From positions 11,316 to 75,315 of the forward strand of contig JAZUQR010000026.1 in NCBI GenBank assembly GCA_045605805.1: 64,000 nt of DNA, read 5' to 3'. Origin of the DNA: Alphaproteobacteria bacterium (GTDB lineage: Bacteria; Pseudomonadota; Alphaproteobacteria; CAAHEQ01; UBA3637). Made by a program: the position numbers and the translations under genes. Under the pieces are notes generated by a model. That model was not told the DNA's origin. It worked only from the letters and a program-made list of their open reading frames with translations, and did not search any database. Shown here in pieces: positions 37,226 through 46,743 of this stretch. The stretch's first letter is position 1. Every line of letters starts with the position of its first letter.

Positions 37226-40200
37226 TAAGCAACCCTCACATTGTCTGTCCAAAGTTCACATTGAGTCATAACCGTTTCAACGGCATCCTCTACACCTTCT
37301 GGGGGATACTTATGCTTTTTCAATAACTTTTTAATAAGCATACGCATCTTTGCACGAGCATTCTCACGCCTTTGCCAGTCAATTGTTTTATTTTTACGCA
37401 GTGTTTCTGTTAGTTCTTTTGTAATGGCAACTAATTCGTCATTTTCATAAAAATCCTTAACTGCTTGAGGCTTTGTTAATGCATCATAAAAGGCAACTTC
37501 TTCTGGTGTTAATCCTAAATCTGCCCCTTCCTTTTGGGCCTCCGAAATTTGTTTTGCCAGGCTGAGTAACTCTTCTATTACCTGCTCGTTGGTAAGCATA
37601 CCATTTAGGTAGCGGTTCATAATTGCCTGAATTATTTCACTAAACTTTTCAGAACGCACAACGTTTGTTTTACGGTAAATAGAAATTTGTTCTGCAATTA
37701 ATTTTTTCAAAAGTTCAAGGGCTAAATTCTTTTGTTTCATTTTTGAAATTTCTTCCAAAAACTTCGGATCAAACAAAGAAAATTCTTTCTTTACATCAGA
37801 AAATAAATTAATAACGCCATCGCTTTTTATACTTTGTTTCAGCAACTCATTAATACGTTCATTCATTTCCTTCAAAGAAATCTTTTTGCCTTCTCCTGCA
37901 TTAGTTAAGCGTAAGGTCAAAACACGAACGGCTTCCATAAAAGCGGCTTCTATGCGTTTTTCTTCCTTAACAATAGAAGAACACAAAGATAAGGATTGAT
38001 GTAGCATCAAGGCATGCTTCAGGAATTGTTCTTTTTTCTTATCTGTTCCAATAATAAAGTTTACTGCCCCACTAATAAGCTCAGCACGCTTTAAATTACT
38101 ACCCGTCATAAATTGTTGATAATCAAATCCATGCAATAAATCACGACAAACACTTAATTTTTCTTCAAATTCTTTAAGTGCTGTTTCAGCGATATTCATA
38201 TTTCCATAGTTCTTTTTATCACGAACTGTGTAATCGTTCATCGCTTGTTTCAGCGCATTTGCAATTCCGACATAATCTACAACAAGTCCACCTTCTTTAT
38301 CCTCAAATACACGATTAACGCGAGCTATTGCCTGCATTAAATTATGTCCCATCATTGGTTTATAAACATACATCGTTGCCAAAGAAGGTACATCAAATCC
38401 GGTCAACCACATATCCACCACAATGGCAATTTTTAGAGGATCTTTGTTATCCTTAAATTTACGGGCCAACGCTTCTTTATGAGATTTATTTCCAATGATT
38501 TGACGCCAATCTTCTGGGTCATCATTACTAGAAGTCATCACAACCCCCACTTTTTCTTTCCAATTGGGACGTAATTTTAAGATTTCTTCATAAATTTTCA
38601 AAGCAATAGGACGTGAATAAGCAACAATCATCGCCTTTCCAGTAAGCAAGTTTTCCCGATAATTTTCATAGTGGTCTATAATATCGTTTACCAAGGAATG
38701 AATAGTGTTATCATTCCCCAGAATTGCTTCCATTTGCCCAAGTTTCTTTTTACTTGCTTCAATGACTTCAGGATCTGCATTTTGGGCCATTAAATCATAT
38801 TCATCATCAATTTTCTTGAGTGTTTCTTTATCCAGATTCAACTTAACCACTCGACTTTCATAGTAAACGGGGCGAGTTGCTCCATCTTCCACAGCCTGTG
38901 TCATATCATAGATATCAATATAATTTCCAAACACTTCTTGCGTATTTCTGTCTTTTTTGGAAATAGGTGTCCCCGTAAACCCGATAAATGTTGCATTTGG
39001 AAGACTATTGCGGATAACACGAGCAGTCCCTGTTTTAATTTTCCCGTCTTTGGTTATTTTTTCCGCCAAACCATATTGCCCCCGATGAGCTTCATCTGCC
39101 ATCACAATAATATTCCGGCGAGTGGACAATGGCTCTTCGGATTCTTCAAACTTCTGCATCGTTGTAAAGAAAATCCCATTGGCCTTGATACCATTTAATA
39201 ACTTTTTCAAATGTTCCCGACTAGTTGCTTGAACGGGTTCTTGTCTTAAAAAGTCTTTACATTTGGCAAATTGTCCATAGAGTTGATCGTCCAAATCATT
39301 GCGGTCTGTTAGTACCACAATTGTCGGACTGTTTAAAGCACTTTGTAGCAGGTGGGCATAAAACACCATAGATAAAGATTTACCAGAACCTTGTGTATGC
39401 CAAAACACACCACCTTTACCATCTGTTTCTGTTGCTTTTTGAGTTGAAGTAATGGCTTTTTTCACCGCGAAGTATTGGTGATATCCGGCCAAGATCTTTT
39501 TGCTTCCTTTATTTTCATTGGAAAAGCAAATAAAGTTCTTCAAAATATCCAAGAGTCTCTCTTTTGGAAAGATGCCTTTAAAAAAAGTATCAAACTGTGC
39601 GTGTTGGGTATTTTCATATTTTCCATCCACAGTTTTCCATTCCATAAAGCGTGTTTCATCAGAAGTAATCGTTCCCGCCTTGGATGTCAATAAATCGCTT
39701 GTGACGCAAATAGCGTTATAGATAAACATAGAGGGGATTTCATGTTTATAGTTTTGGATTTGGCGATATGCCTCGGAGGCATCTGTTTCTTCACGGGAAG
39801 GAGATTTCAACTCCATCAAAACCAAAGGCAATCCGTTCACAAATAACAAAATATCCGGACGTTTTTCGCTGTTTTCAATAAAGGTCCATTGGTTAGCTAC
39901 AATAAAAGAGTTTTTATCAGGTCTATTATAATCAATCAAATAAACAATGGTATCTTTGGGTTCTCCCTTTTCTGTATAGCGAACCGTAATACCACTTTGC
40001 AAATACTCCATAAACACAGCATTCTTTTGTGTTAGTTCTGCGTTCTCAAAGTTCTTTAATTTTGTTAAGGCCTCTTTAATCGCCACTTCGGGAAGTTTAG
40101 GATTCAAGCGGCACAAAGCATCAATCAACTCATCTTCGTATAAGGGAGAATGAAAATCCCGACTTTCTAAATCAGGCCCATAGACATACCGATACCCCAT

Positions 40201-40272
40201 CCCCTCAAACAACTCTATTACAGAGTTTTCATAAGCTTCTTCATTTACAGGATTGATAAAAGTATCGGTCAT
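37225..40272 (-). CDS. hsdR: Type I restriction endonuclease subunit R
   Basis: RPDILLFVNGLPLVLMELK, HTQGSGKS, DEAH, FTGTP, MWLTGFD. Confidence 0.97.
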   Translation of the reverse strand: MTDTFINPVNEEAYENSVIELFEGMGYRYVYGPDLESRDFHSPLYEDELIDALCRLNPKLPEVAIKEALTKLKNFENAELTQKNAVFMEYLQSGITVRYTEKGEPKDTIVYLIDYNRPDKNSFIVANQWTFIENSEKRPDILLFVNGLPLVLMELKSPSREETDASEAYRQIQNYKHEIPSMFIYNAICVTSDLLTSKAGTITSDETRFMEWKTVDGKYENTQHAQFDTFFKGIFPKERLLDILKNFICFSNENKGSKKILAGYHQYFAVKKAITSTQKATETDGKGGVFWHTQGSGKSLSMVFYAHLLQSALNSPTIVVLTDRNDLDDQLYGQFAKCKDFLRQEPVQATSREHLKKLLNGIKANGIFFTTMQKFEESEEPLSTRRNIIVMADEAHRGQYGLAEKITKDGKIKTGTARVIRNSLPNATFIGFTGTPISKKDRNTQEVFGNYIDIYDMTQAVEDGATRPVYYESRVVKLNLDKETLKKIDDEYDLMAQNADPEVIEASKKKLGQMEAILGNDNTIHSLVNDIIDHYENYRENLLTGKAMIVAYSRPIALKIYEEILKLRPNWKEKVGVVMTSSNDDPEDWRQIIGNKSHKEALARKFKDNKDPLKIAIVVDMWLTGFDVPSLATMYVYKPMMGHNLMQAIARVNRVFEDKEGGLVVDYVGIANALKQAMNDYTVRDKKNYGNMNIAETALKEFEEKLSVCRDLLHGFDYQQFMTGSNLKRAELISGAVNFIIGTDKKKEQFLKHALMLHQSLSLCSSIVKEEKRIEAAFMEAVRVLTLRLTNAGEGKKISLKEMNERINELLKQSIKSDGVINLFSDVKKEFSLFDPKFLEEISKMKQKNLALELLKKLIAEQISIYRKTNVVRSEKFSEIIQAIMNRYLNGMLTNEQVIEELLSLAKQISEAQKEGADLGLTPEEVAFYDALTKPQAVKDFYENDELVAITKELTETLRKNKTIDWQRRENARAKMRMLIKKLLKKHKYPPEGVEDAVETVMTQCELWTDNVRVA

Positions 40273-41123
40273 TTTTTCTCCTTTAATCCTTTAAGAAATT
40301 CAGCCATTTTGTTTTTCCGTTCTTTATTATCTTTAGCCAAAACGCAGAATAAAAGCAATTGATAAATTTCATCATACCACTTTTCTAATTCTTCATTGGT
40401 CAGATTTGTTACTAGATTATTTTTCTTTTTACCTGCCTTGTTATTATGACGAATATCTAAATTATTAAGCATATTCTTTGCAGTTTTGAAATAATCAGTG
40501 AATCCGTCAATAGGATTATCTAAAATAGGTTCATATTCCTGAGCAATTCGACGTAAAATATCTTTTTTTTCTGCTAATTGTCCCTTTAATGATGCATGAT
40601 GGTATTTTAAAATTGCCATTGCTGTATCTGTAGAGGAAATTTCTGCTACAGCTGTTGCAGCAGGATTTTTAGGAATTAAAATAACTTTTTCTTCTTCAGT
40701 AAATATCTTCTTTTCATGGTGAATATGTTCTAAAAGCAAATCTATATTACTCAAAAGCATAGGATATTCATTATAATACTGAAAATTAATATTTTGACGA
40801 CCAACTCCTCGCTTCTGTATCAATAAATTTATAAGATTAAGATAATACTCTAAAATTGTTACCATTTCATCAGTGGTATCCACATGTTCTGAAATGAATA
40901 TTTTGTGTCTCATTTCATCACAGTTTAAGCAACTTCCTCTTTGCTTCCAATTTACAAAAGCATAACTATCTACCATTTGTTCAATAGTTCCCTGTGTTTG
41001 TTGAAAATTTAAAGGATTTGTATACACCAACATTGCGGTATTAAATAATTTAACAATTTTTCGAAATTCTTTTTGAAAATCATACTTGCTTGCTAAAATT
41101 TCAAAGATATTTTTACGAGTCAT
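40269..41123 (-). CDS. Hypothetical protein inserted in type I R-M operon
   Basis: Low GC; ATGA-coupled; DIRHNN motif. Confidence 0.75.
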   Translation of the reverse strand: MTRKNIFEILASKYDFQKEFRKIVKLFNTAMLVYTNPLNFQQTQGTIEQMVDSYAFVNWKQRGSCLNCDEMRHKIFISEHVDTTDEMVTILEYYLNLINLLIQKRGVGRQNINFQYYNEYPMLLSNIDLLLEHIHHEKKIFTEEEKVILIPKNPAATAVAEISSTDTAMAILKYHHASLKGQLAEKKDILRRIAQEYEPILDNPIDGFTDYFKTAKNMLNNLDIRHNNKAGKKKNNLVTNLTNEELEKWYDEIYQLLLFCVLAKDNKERKNKMAEFLKGLKEKK

Positions 41124-41599
41124 GGGGCATCCTTTTTATTTTCCAGTGGCTTATTAAAACAATCGATATTCTTTTTTAGTTCTACTGTTAAATCGTTGGT
41201 TACAGCATATATTTTATAATCTTTTATATTGGCAATATCTTTATTAGTATTATCATCTATTTTGGGAATAAAAACAGTATTATAGGGAGATATCACAAGG
41301 GGACTCCCTAACGCGGTCCAAAAACCACTTTGCGTATTATTATCTTCTACATATATACGGTAAATAACTTCCGTTTTATTTTTATGATTAACAATGCAAA
41401 AGTTTGTTATATTTGCCTTTTGAGTCTTGTGATCATACATTGCTGTCGGCAAAACAATAGATAAATCGTGCCCCGTTCTTTCTTGTTTATCATCTTTTGC
41501 TATCTTTGCCATGGTCTTGGTAAGGAAAAATATGGCAATTGTCAAAATTAACATTGATGTTGATAAAACTATGTTCCAATCTATATAAACCATATTCAA
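41120..41599 (-). CDS. Hypothetical membrane-anchored protein inserted in R-M operon
   Basis: N-terminal TM; ATGA-coupled on both sides. Confidence 0.7.
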   Translation of the reverse strand: MNMVYIDWNIVLSTSMLILTIAIFFLTKTMAKIAKDDKQERTGHDLSIVLPTAMYDHKTQKANITNFCIVNHKNKTEVIYRIYVEDNNTQSGFWTALGSPLVISPYNTVFIPKIDDNTNKDIANIKDYKIYAVTNDLTVELKKNIDCFNKPLENKKDAP

Positions 41600-42807
41600 A
41601 CCTCCACATTATCGACATTGATTTTGCCGGACATGAGTTTGGGTAATAAAGTGTCTCGAAGTGCAGACAACTGGATATTTTCTCTTTGGTTTGCTTTAAT
41701 TTGTGCAAACATTGGAGAAATCACAGAATGGAAATCTTTCAATTCAGATTCTTCTGGCATAACAAAAGGCATTGATTTAATAATTTTTGAATTAACGGCA
41801 GTTGCAATGGATGACGTGCTCCCCATTGTTTGAAAATTAAAGTTTTTCAAATAATAATACAAATATTCGTTTATTTCTTTTTTATCTGTTCCAAAATGAG
41901 CAATGGCTTCGTTTGTTGCCATTTCTCCATCTGTAATTGCAATTCTTCCAACAGTCAGTTTAAAGCTCAATAGAACAGTATTATCTGGTACAATTTTAAC
42001 ATTAAATTTGGAAATTGACTCTGGAACTAAATATTCAGAACTATCAGAAATATACAGCCCACAATTTCCCATATCGGATATAGATATCCATTTAATATCA
42101 TTAGTGTTTTTTGAAAACCATTCAGGCTCTTTTCGGGGAGGAGTTTTCCCGATTGTAATATTAAAAAATTCTTCAGCTTTTATCGTTTTTCTGTTTGGAT
42201 TTATTTTATCTATGAACCAAGATTTAAAGAGGGCTTGGGCTTGGAGTTCGAGGTTTTGATTGATTTTGTTGTTCAGCTCTATCTTATCATCCAGAGCCCC
42301 CAACACCCCCGCAATCTTCCTCTGCACCTCCACTGGCGGTATATTTACAGGGATGGAATACAAATGTCCAACCTTTATGCTAGGTTGTACAGAACTTATA
42401 TTCAATGCTTGTATATAACTTTGTATATTGGGTTGAGATAAACAATAATACATGAATGTAGAGTCAATGTCCTCTTTATACTGCATGGCAATGATGTTTT
42501 GCGCTATACACCCCTTATCTTGCGGCATTAAAGCAACTTTTCCAATGTTTCCAACAGTTGTTATTAAAACATCTTTTGGGTTGGGATGTCCACTTCGAAA
42601 CCAATTCTGATACGTTTCAATATTAACAAATTTTGATGCAGAAGCCAAATCTGGGTATCTATCTCCAGCTTTTAATAAGTTGCTTTCAAGTAGAGGAATG
42701 ATACCTTCCGTATCCAAGGGTGCATTCTTTCCCCGGTTATCAATTGTATTTTTAACCAAATCCCCTAATTTAATCTCTCGCCAACCTGACATTATATTAT
42801 TTGCCAT
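41596..42807 (-). CDS. hsdS: Type I R-M specificity subunit (two TRDs)
   Basis: WREIKLGD, PPVEVQRKIAGVLGALDDKIELNNKIN, LRDTLLPKLMSG. Confidence 0.95.
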   Translation of the reverse strand: MANNIMSGWREIKLGDLVKNTIDNRGKNAPLDTEGIIPLLESNLLKAGDRYPDLASASKFVNIETYQNWFRSGHPNPKDVLITTVGNIGKVALMPQDKGCIAQNIIAMQYKEDIDSTFMYYCLSQPNIQSYIQALNISSVQPSIKVGHLYSIPVNIPPVEVQRKIAGVLGALDDKIELNNKINQNLELQAQALFKSWFIDKINPNRKTIKAEEFFNITIGKTPPRKEPEWFSKNTNDIKWISISDMGNCGLYISDSSEYLVPESISKFNVKIVPDNTVLLSFKLTVGRIAITDGEMATNEAIAHFGTDKKEINEYLYYYLKNFNFQTMGSTSSIATAVNSKIIKSMPFVMPEESELKDFHSVISPMFAQIKANQRENIQLSALRDTLLPKLMSGKINVDNVEV

Positions 42808-42817
42808 CAAATATTCC

Positions 42818-43702
42818 CTATTTTTTAATAAGTTCATATAGCAAAGGAAAGTTACTTTTTTGGTAAGAATCCAAGTATTGGCTTGGAATGTCCTTTAATG
42901 TTTCATTATTAAATTCATAGATATCAACAATTTCCCTTGAAACAATTTTTTCTTCACCATTTTTCTGTAATTTATTATATCTTACCAAGGCTAAAATAGT
43001 ATCATTTTGATTGCTACGACGCAATGGATGCTTTCCTAATAAAAACTCCTCTCTAAACTTCTGGTCTTTTATTGATGCAATTAATGTTGTATTATTTTCT
43101 AAATCTTTAAAATTCCAATTTCCCTCTGTTTCCGTATTAATTGGTTTGTATATAACTAGTTTCTGGATTTTATATACGGGATCTAAATTTCTTATGATAT
43201 CCCCTTCCACATATTTGAGAAAATCTTTTCTTTTAATTGGAAAGGTATGTTCATTAGAAAAACCAACCCCATTAATATGGTTATTTAGCCAACACCTTTT
43301 ATAAAAGTTTGATTTTGCATTAAGTGCAGCATCCAAATTTATCGATGCAGGAATTTCGATATGTTCTTGCAACATGAAGCCAGAAAACATTTCAGAAATA
43401 TATTGTCCGGCGTTTTCCCCCAATTCATTTAGGCTCTTCCCTGTTAATCCTTTAATAAAACCAGGCACAAATTCATTAAACAAAAATGATCCCAAAAACA
43501 AACAAATTGTAAATTTTCCTTTAAAAGAACCTTCTTCTGTTGCATTTAAATATATTTGATAATCCGTGTCCTTAAAACAGGTTTTTGTAATATTTTTATA
43601 TATCAATTCAATTTGCTGTGATAAAAAAATAAAATCAGATAATTCCAACGCATGTGTTGGGGTATCTAAATGTAATATAAATTCACTCTTTTGTTCAGTC
43701 AT
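42818..43702 (-). CDS. Hypothetical protein between hsdM and hsdS
   Basis: Low GC; ATEEGSF motif; coupled to hsdM. Confidence 0.75.
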   Translation of the reverse strand: MTEQKSEFILHLDTPTHALELSDFIFLSQQIELIYKNITKTCFKDTDYQIYLNATEEGSFKGKFTICLFLGSFLFNEFVPGFIKGLTGKSLNELGENAGQYISEMFSGFMLQEHIEIPASINLDAALNAKSNFYKRCWLNNHINGVGFSNEHTFPIKRKDFLKYVEGDIIRNLDPVYKIQKLVIYKPINTETEGNWNFKDLENNTTLIASIKDQKFREEFLLGKHPLRRSNQNDTILALVRYNKLQKNGEEKIVSREIVDIYEFNNETLKDIPSQYLDSYQKSNFPLLYELIKK

Positions 43703-45210
43703 TCAACCTCCCATCCAATTTGTTTCAATTTTGTTTTGATTTCTTCTTGAAGTGTAGAGGATTGTTTGAACATCTCGGAAAGTTCAGCCGTCAAACGTTT
43801 CATTTTGTCTTCAAACGGTTCGCCATCATCGGCTTGTTCCTCTATCCCCACATAACGACCTGGCGTCAAGATGTAATCTTGCTTGGCAATATCCTCAGTT
43901 GTTGCAACAGCACAGAAACCTTTCACATTTTCCAATGTGCCATTTTGGAATGCGGTAAATGTATCGGCCAATTTCTTGATGTCTTTATCTGTGAAGTCAC
44001 GGTGTTTTCTGTCCACCATATATCCCATCTTGCGTGCATCAATGAAAACTGTGCGGCCTTTTTGTTGCTTATTCTTGGTAATAAACCACAATGTGACCGG
44101 AATTGTGACGCTATAGAACAATTGTGTTGGCAGAGCAATAATACCTTCCACTAAGTCAGCCTCAATAATCCGCCGGCGAATATCGCCTTCACCACTATTG
44201 GTAGAGGAAAGGGCTCCGTTCGCCAAGACTAAACCGATTTTACCCCCTGGTGCCAAATGATGTATCATATGCTGAATCCACGCATAGTTAGCATTACCTG
44301 CCGGAGGTGTTCCAAATTCCCATCGAGGATCGTCTTTTAATTTGTCTTGTCCCCAGTTGGATAGGTTAAATGGAGGATTCGCCATAATGAAGTCAAACTT
44401 TTCGTGTTGGTGCAGGTCGTTAAAGAATGTATCGGCCTGATACGGTCCCAAATTGGCATCTATCCCACGAATAGCCATATTCATTTTTGCCATTTTCCAA
44501 GTATCTGCGTTGGATTCTTGACCATATACAGAGATTCTGTCACGATTGCCACTGTGGGCTTGCAAGAACTTAACCGATTGCACAAACATGCCACCCGAAC
44601 CACAGCATGGGTCATAAACGCGGCAGTTGTCAAAGGGTTTCAAAACTTCTACAATTGTGCGGACAATGCTGGATGGAGTGTAAAATTCACCGCCTTTTGT
44701 TCCTTCATACGCGGCAAACTGAGCAATGCAGTATTCATAAGTTCTGCCCAACAGGTCTTTGTCCTTATCCGTTTCGGACATATCTATGTTGTTTGTAAAC
44801 AAATCCACAACATTGCCCAAAACTCGTTTATCCAAATCTTGGTTAGCATAGTTCTTTGGAAGAACGTTTTTCAGGGATTTATTTTCAGCCTCAATAGCAC
44901 GCATGGCTTCATCAATCACCATACCGATTTCGGGAGTATGGGCGGCTTCGGCTATTTTGCTCCAACGAGCTGCCTCAGGAACATAGAAAATGCCTTCCAT
45001 TATATAAGCATCTTTATCGTTTTCAAAACCATCCCCTTCTGCGACCAATTGGTTATAACGCTTTTCAAATGCAAAAGAAATGTAGCGCAGGAAAATTAAA
45101 CCCACAATGACTTTGCGGTAATCCGCCGCAGGAATATGTCCCCACAGTTCGCATGCGGCTTCCCAGATTTGCTTTTCAAAACCTATATTTGCGTTGTTTT
45201 TCCCTGCCAT
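43699..45210 (-). CDS. hsdM: Type I R-M N6-adenine methyltransferase
   Basis: GEFYTP, YDPCCGSGGM, ANPPF. Confidence 0.97.
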   Translation of the reverse strand: MAGKNNANIGFEKQIWEAACELWGHIPAADYRKVIVGLIFLRYISFAFEKRYNQLVAEGDGFENDKDAYIMEGIFYVPEAARWSKIAEAAHTPEIGMVIDEAMRAIEAENKSLKNVLPKNYANQDLDKRVLGNVVDLFTNNIDMSETDKDKDLLGRTYEYCIAQFAAYEGTKGGEFYTPSSIVRTIVEVLKPFDNCRVYDPCCGSGGMFVQSVKFLQAHSGNRDRISVYGQESNADTWKMAKMNMAIRGIDANLGPYQADTFFNDLHQHEKFDFIMANPPFNLSNWGQDKLKDDPRWEFGTPPAGNANYAWIQHMIHHLAPGGKIGLVLANGALSSTNSGEGDIRRRIIEADLVEGIIALPTQLFYSVTIPVTLWFITKNKQQKGRTVFIDARKMGYMVDRKHRDFTDKDIKKLADTFTAFQNGTLENVKGFCAVATTEDIAKQDYILTPGRYVGIEEQADDGEPFEDKMKRLTAELSEMFKQSSTLQEEIKTKLKQIGWEVE

Positions 45211-45314
45211 TTTGGACCTCTTTTCGTTTAGAATCATAATATCGTAAATTCTAGCCGATTTTTTCTGAAAAGGCAATCAGAAATATAAGGTCTGTTGTAT
45301 TTAATTATGGTGCT

Positions 45315-45512
45315 TTACTCTACCTCAAACCATTTCATGCAGGTGGCAAGCAAGTGGTCGTAATTGCCGGAGGTGGCTTCTGCCTGAAAGGCATCTTGTT
45401 CTTTTTGATTCAAACCGGCTTGACGCATGGCTCTTAAACAGATACCTAGGATATTAAAGGCATTCCCGTCTTTACCGGTCAACTGGACAATAATATCAGG
45501 ATATTTTGGCAT
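45315..45512 (-). CDS. Small phage-associated hypothetical protein (GKDGNAF motif)
   Basis: Paralog of 30809-31012; AAGGAG RBS. Confidence 0.8.
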   Translation of the reverse strand: MPKYPDIIVQLTGKDGNAFNILGICLRAMRQAGLNQKEQDAFQAEATSGNYDHLLATCMKWFEVE

Positions 45513-45522
45513 GACGATCTCC

Positions 45523-45831
45523 TTATTTAACCTCAAGCCCCAAGTAGCGGCAGTAGCTTGATCCTGACGGGTCGGCGTAAAGTGTCGGCTGACCGTCACA
45601 TTCCAGGGCGATAACCTGACGTTGGTTGTCGTCGTTATATCCGCCTTTGCCGGATAAAAAGATGTAGTTATCCAGAGGGCGTTGGCAGACAGCCTGATAC
45701 CAAGCAGGCGATAAATGAACTGTTTCGGCTATCACCACTTCTTTGGCTTGGTGTGCATATTTTTGGGTTAAATCCCGAACTTCGGAAATATCGGAGGGCT
45801 TGCGGACCATGTAAGTTTTAACTGTTTTCAT
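45523..45831 (-). CDS. Small phage-associated protein (DUF6329-like), intact copy
   Basis: RKP..., LDNYIFLSGKGG, DPSGSSYCRYLG. Confidence 0.8.
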   Translation of the reverse strand: MKTVKTYMVRKPSDISEVRDLTQKYAHQAKEVVIAETVHLSPAWYQAVCQRPLDNYIFLSGKGGYNDDNQRQVIALECDGQPTLYADPSGSSYCRYLGLEVK

Positions 45832-45850
45832 GATAATCTCCTTTCGCATC

Positions 45851-45883
45851 ACAATGAACGCTCTTTTTCGAAGAATTATCCAG
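45851..45883 (-). promoter_or_regulatory. Element-specific promoter-like motif, copy 3
   Basis: CTGGAT-N13-AGAGCGTTCATTGT then GAAAGGAG RBS. Confidence 0.55.
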
Positions 45884-45926
45884 TTATTTCTGTACTAAAT
45901 CGCAAGAAATATGCATTATTTTGAGG

Positions 45927-46096
45927 GGGTGACCAGCCAGAAGTGACCAGTGACCAGCCAGGAAAAATTGGGTCCCCTTATAACCCTTGTGTTTATTGGG
46001 GTTTGAGATATACCCGACCAGCCAGAATTTTTCGGTTTCGCTAGAAATATGGCGCGGCTTGCGTCCCCGCATATGAAATCTCGCCAGGAAGGACCT
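45927..46096 (-). other. cos-like packaging-site sequence, copy B, with GTGACCAG repeats
   Basis: Minus strand AGGTCCTTCCTGG...GGGGACGCAAGC-CGCG...GAAAAATTCTGG; GTGACCAG at 45929, 45943, 45950. Confidence 0.6.
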
Positions 46097-46148
46097 CTGG
46101 CCAGATACCTGATCACCCGAGTGGCTAGTAATCCAAGCAACCAAGAAA

Positions 46149-46664
46149 TTATAAAAATTGAACGGTATCGGACAAGGGCTTCTTGTTCGTATGCGTTGGC
46201 GCTGGTGCCGCCGAGGCTGTCGGATAACCGAACATCATGAGCAAAACGGGCACTTCGTTTTCGGGTAAATCAAAAGCCTTGCGCGTTTCATCCGGGTTAA
46301 ACATATTCACCCAAGTGGAATGAACGCCCAAGTCTGCGGCCTGCAACATCATGTGTGTTGCCACAATGGATGCATCCTCAACGCCCGAAGTAATAGTCTC
46401 ATCAGTTGGGTTGTGCCATTCTTGATTTTTATCATAGCAAATAATCATGGCAAGCGGGGCATTATAATGGCAGGGTGTCACAGCCCGCAACTTTTCCATG
46501 GCCGCCGGTGATTGAACAACATAAACCTTTTGCGGTTGGTTGTTTTTGGCGGTAGGGGCCACCCGTCCGGCTTGTAAAATCTTTTGGATTTTTTCATCTT
46601 CAACCGGTTTGTTGTCATAGCTTCTTTGCGTATAACGCACTGTACTCAGTTCTTCAAATGTCAT
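46149..46664 (-). CDS. Nitroreductase family protein
   Basis: RYTQRSY, APTAKNNQP, DASIVATHMMLQAADLGVHSTWV. Confidence 0.93.
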   Translation of the reverse strand: MTFEELSTVRYTQRSYDNKPVEDEKIQKILQAGRVAPTAKNNQPQKVYVVQSPAAMEKLRAVTPCHYNAPLAMIICYDKNQEWHNPTDETITSGVEDASIVATHMMLQAADLGVHSTWVNMFNPDETRKAFDLPENEVPVLLMMFGYPTASAAPAPTHTNKKPLSDTVQFL

Positions 46665-46743
46665 TGTTTATCCTTTCTGTTTGTGATTATTATATAGCAC
46701 TGTTTTTTCAAAAAAAGAAAGTAAATTAGTAAGCTCAAAACTT

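Noticed and set aside
41596-42807. Shufflon-type invertible hsdS
   Set aside because: Only one complete hsdS, with no extra TRDs, flanking inverted repeats or invertase
44404-45099. Long antisense ORFs (also 56181-56927 and the 22586-23059 extension)
   Set aside because: Shadows of hsdM, tgt and queA with no independent coding signal
45884-46144. ORFs over the cos-like repeats (also 28250-28453) with apparently similar translations
   Set aside because: Similarity is confined to the 69-bp DNA element; no RBS; starts and ends are not conserved
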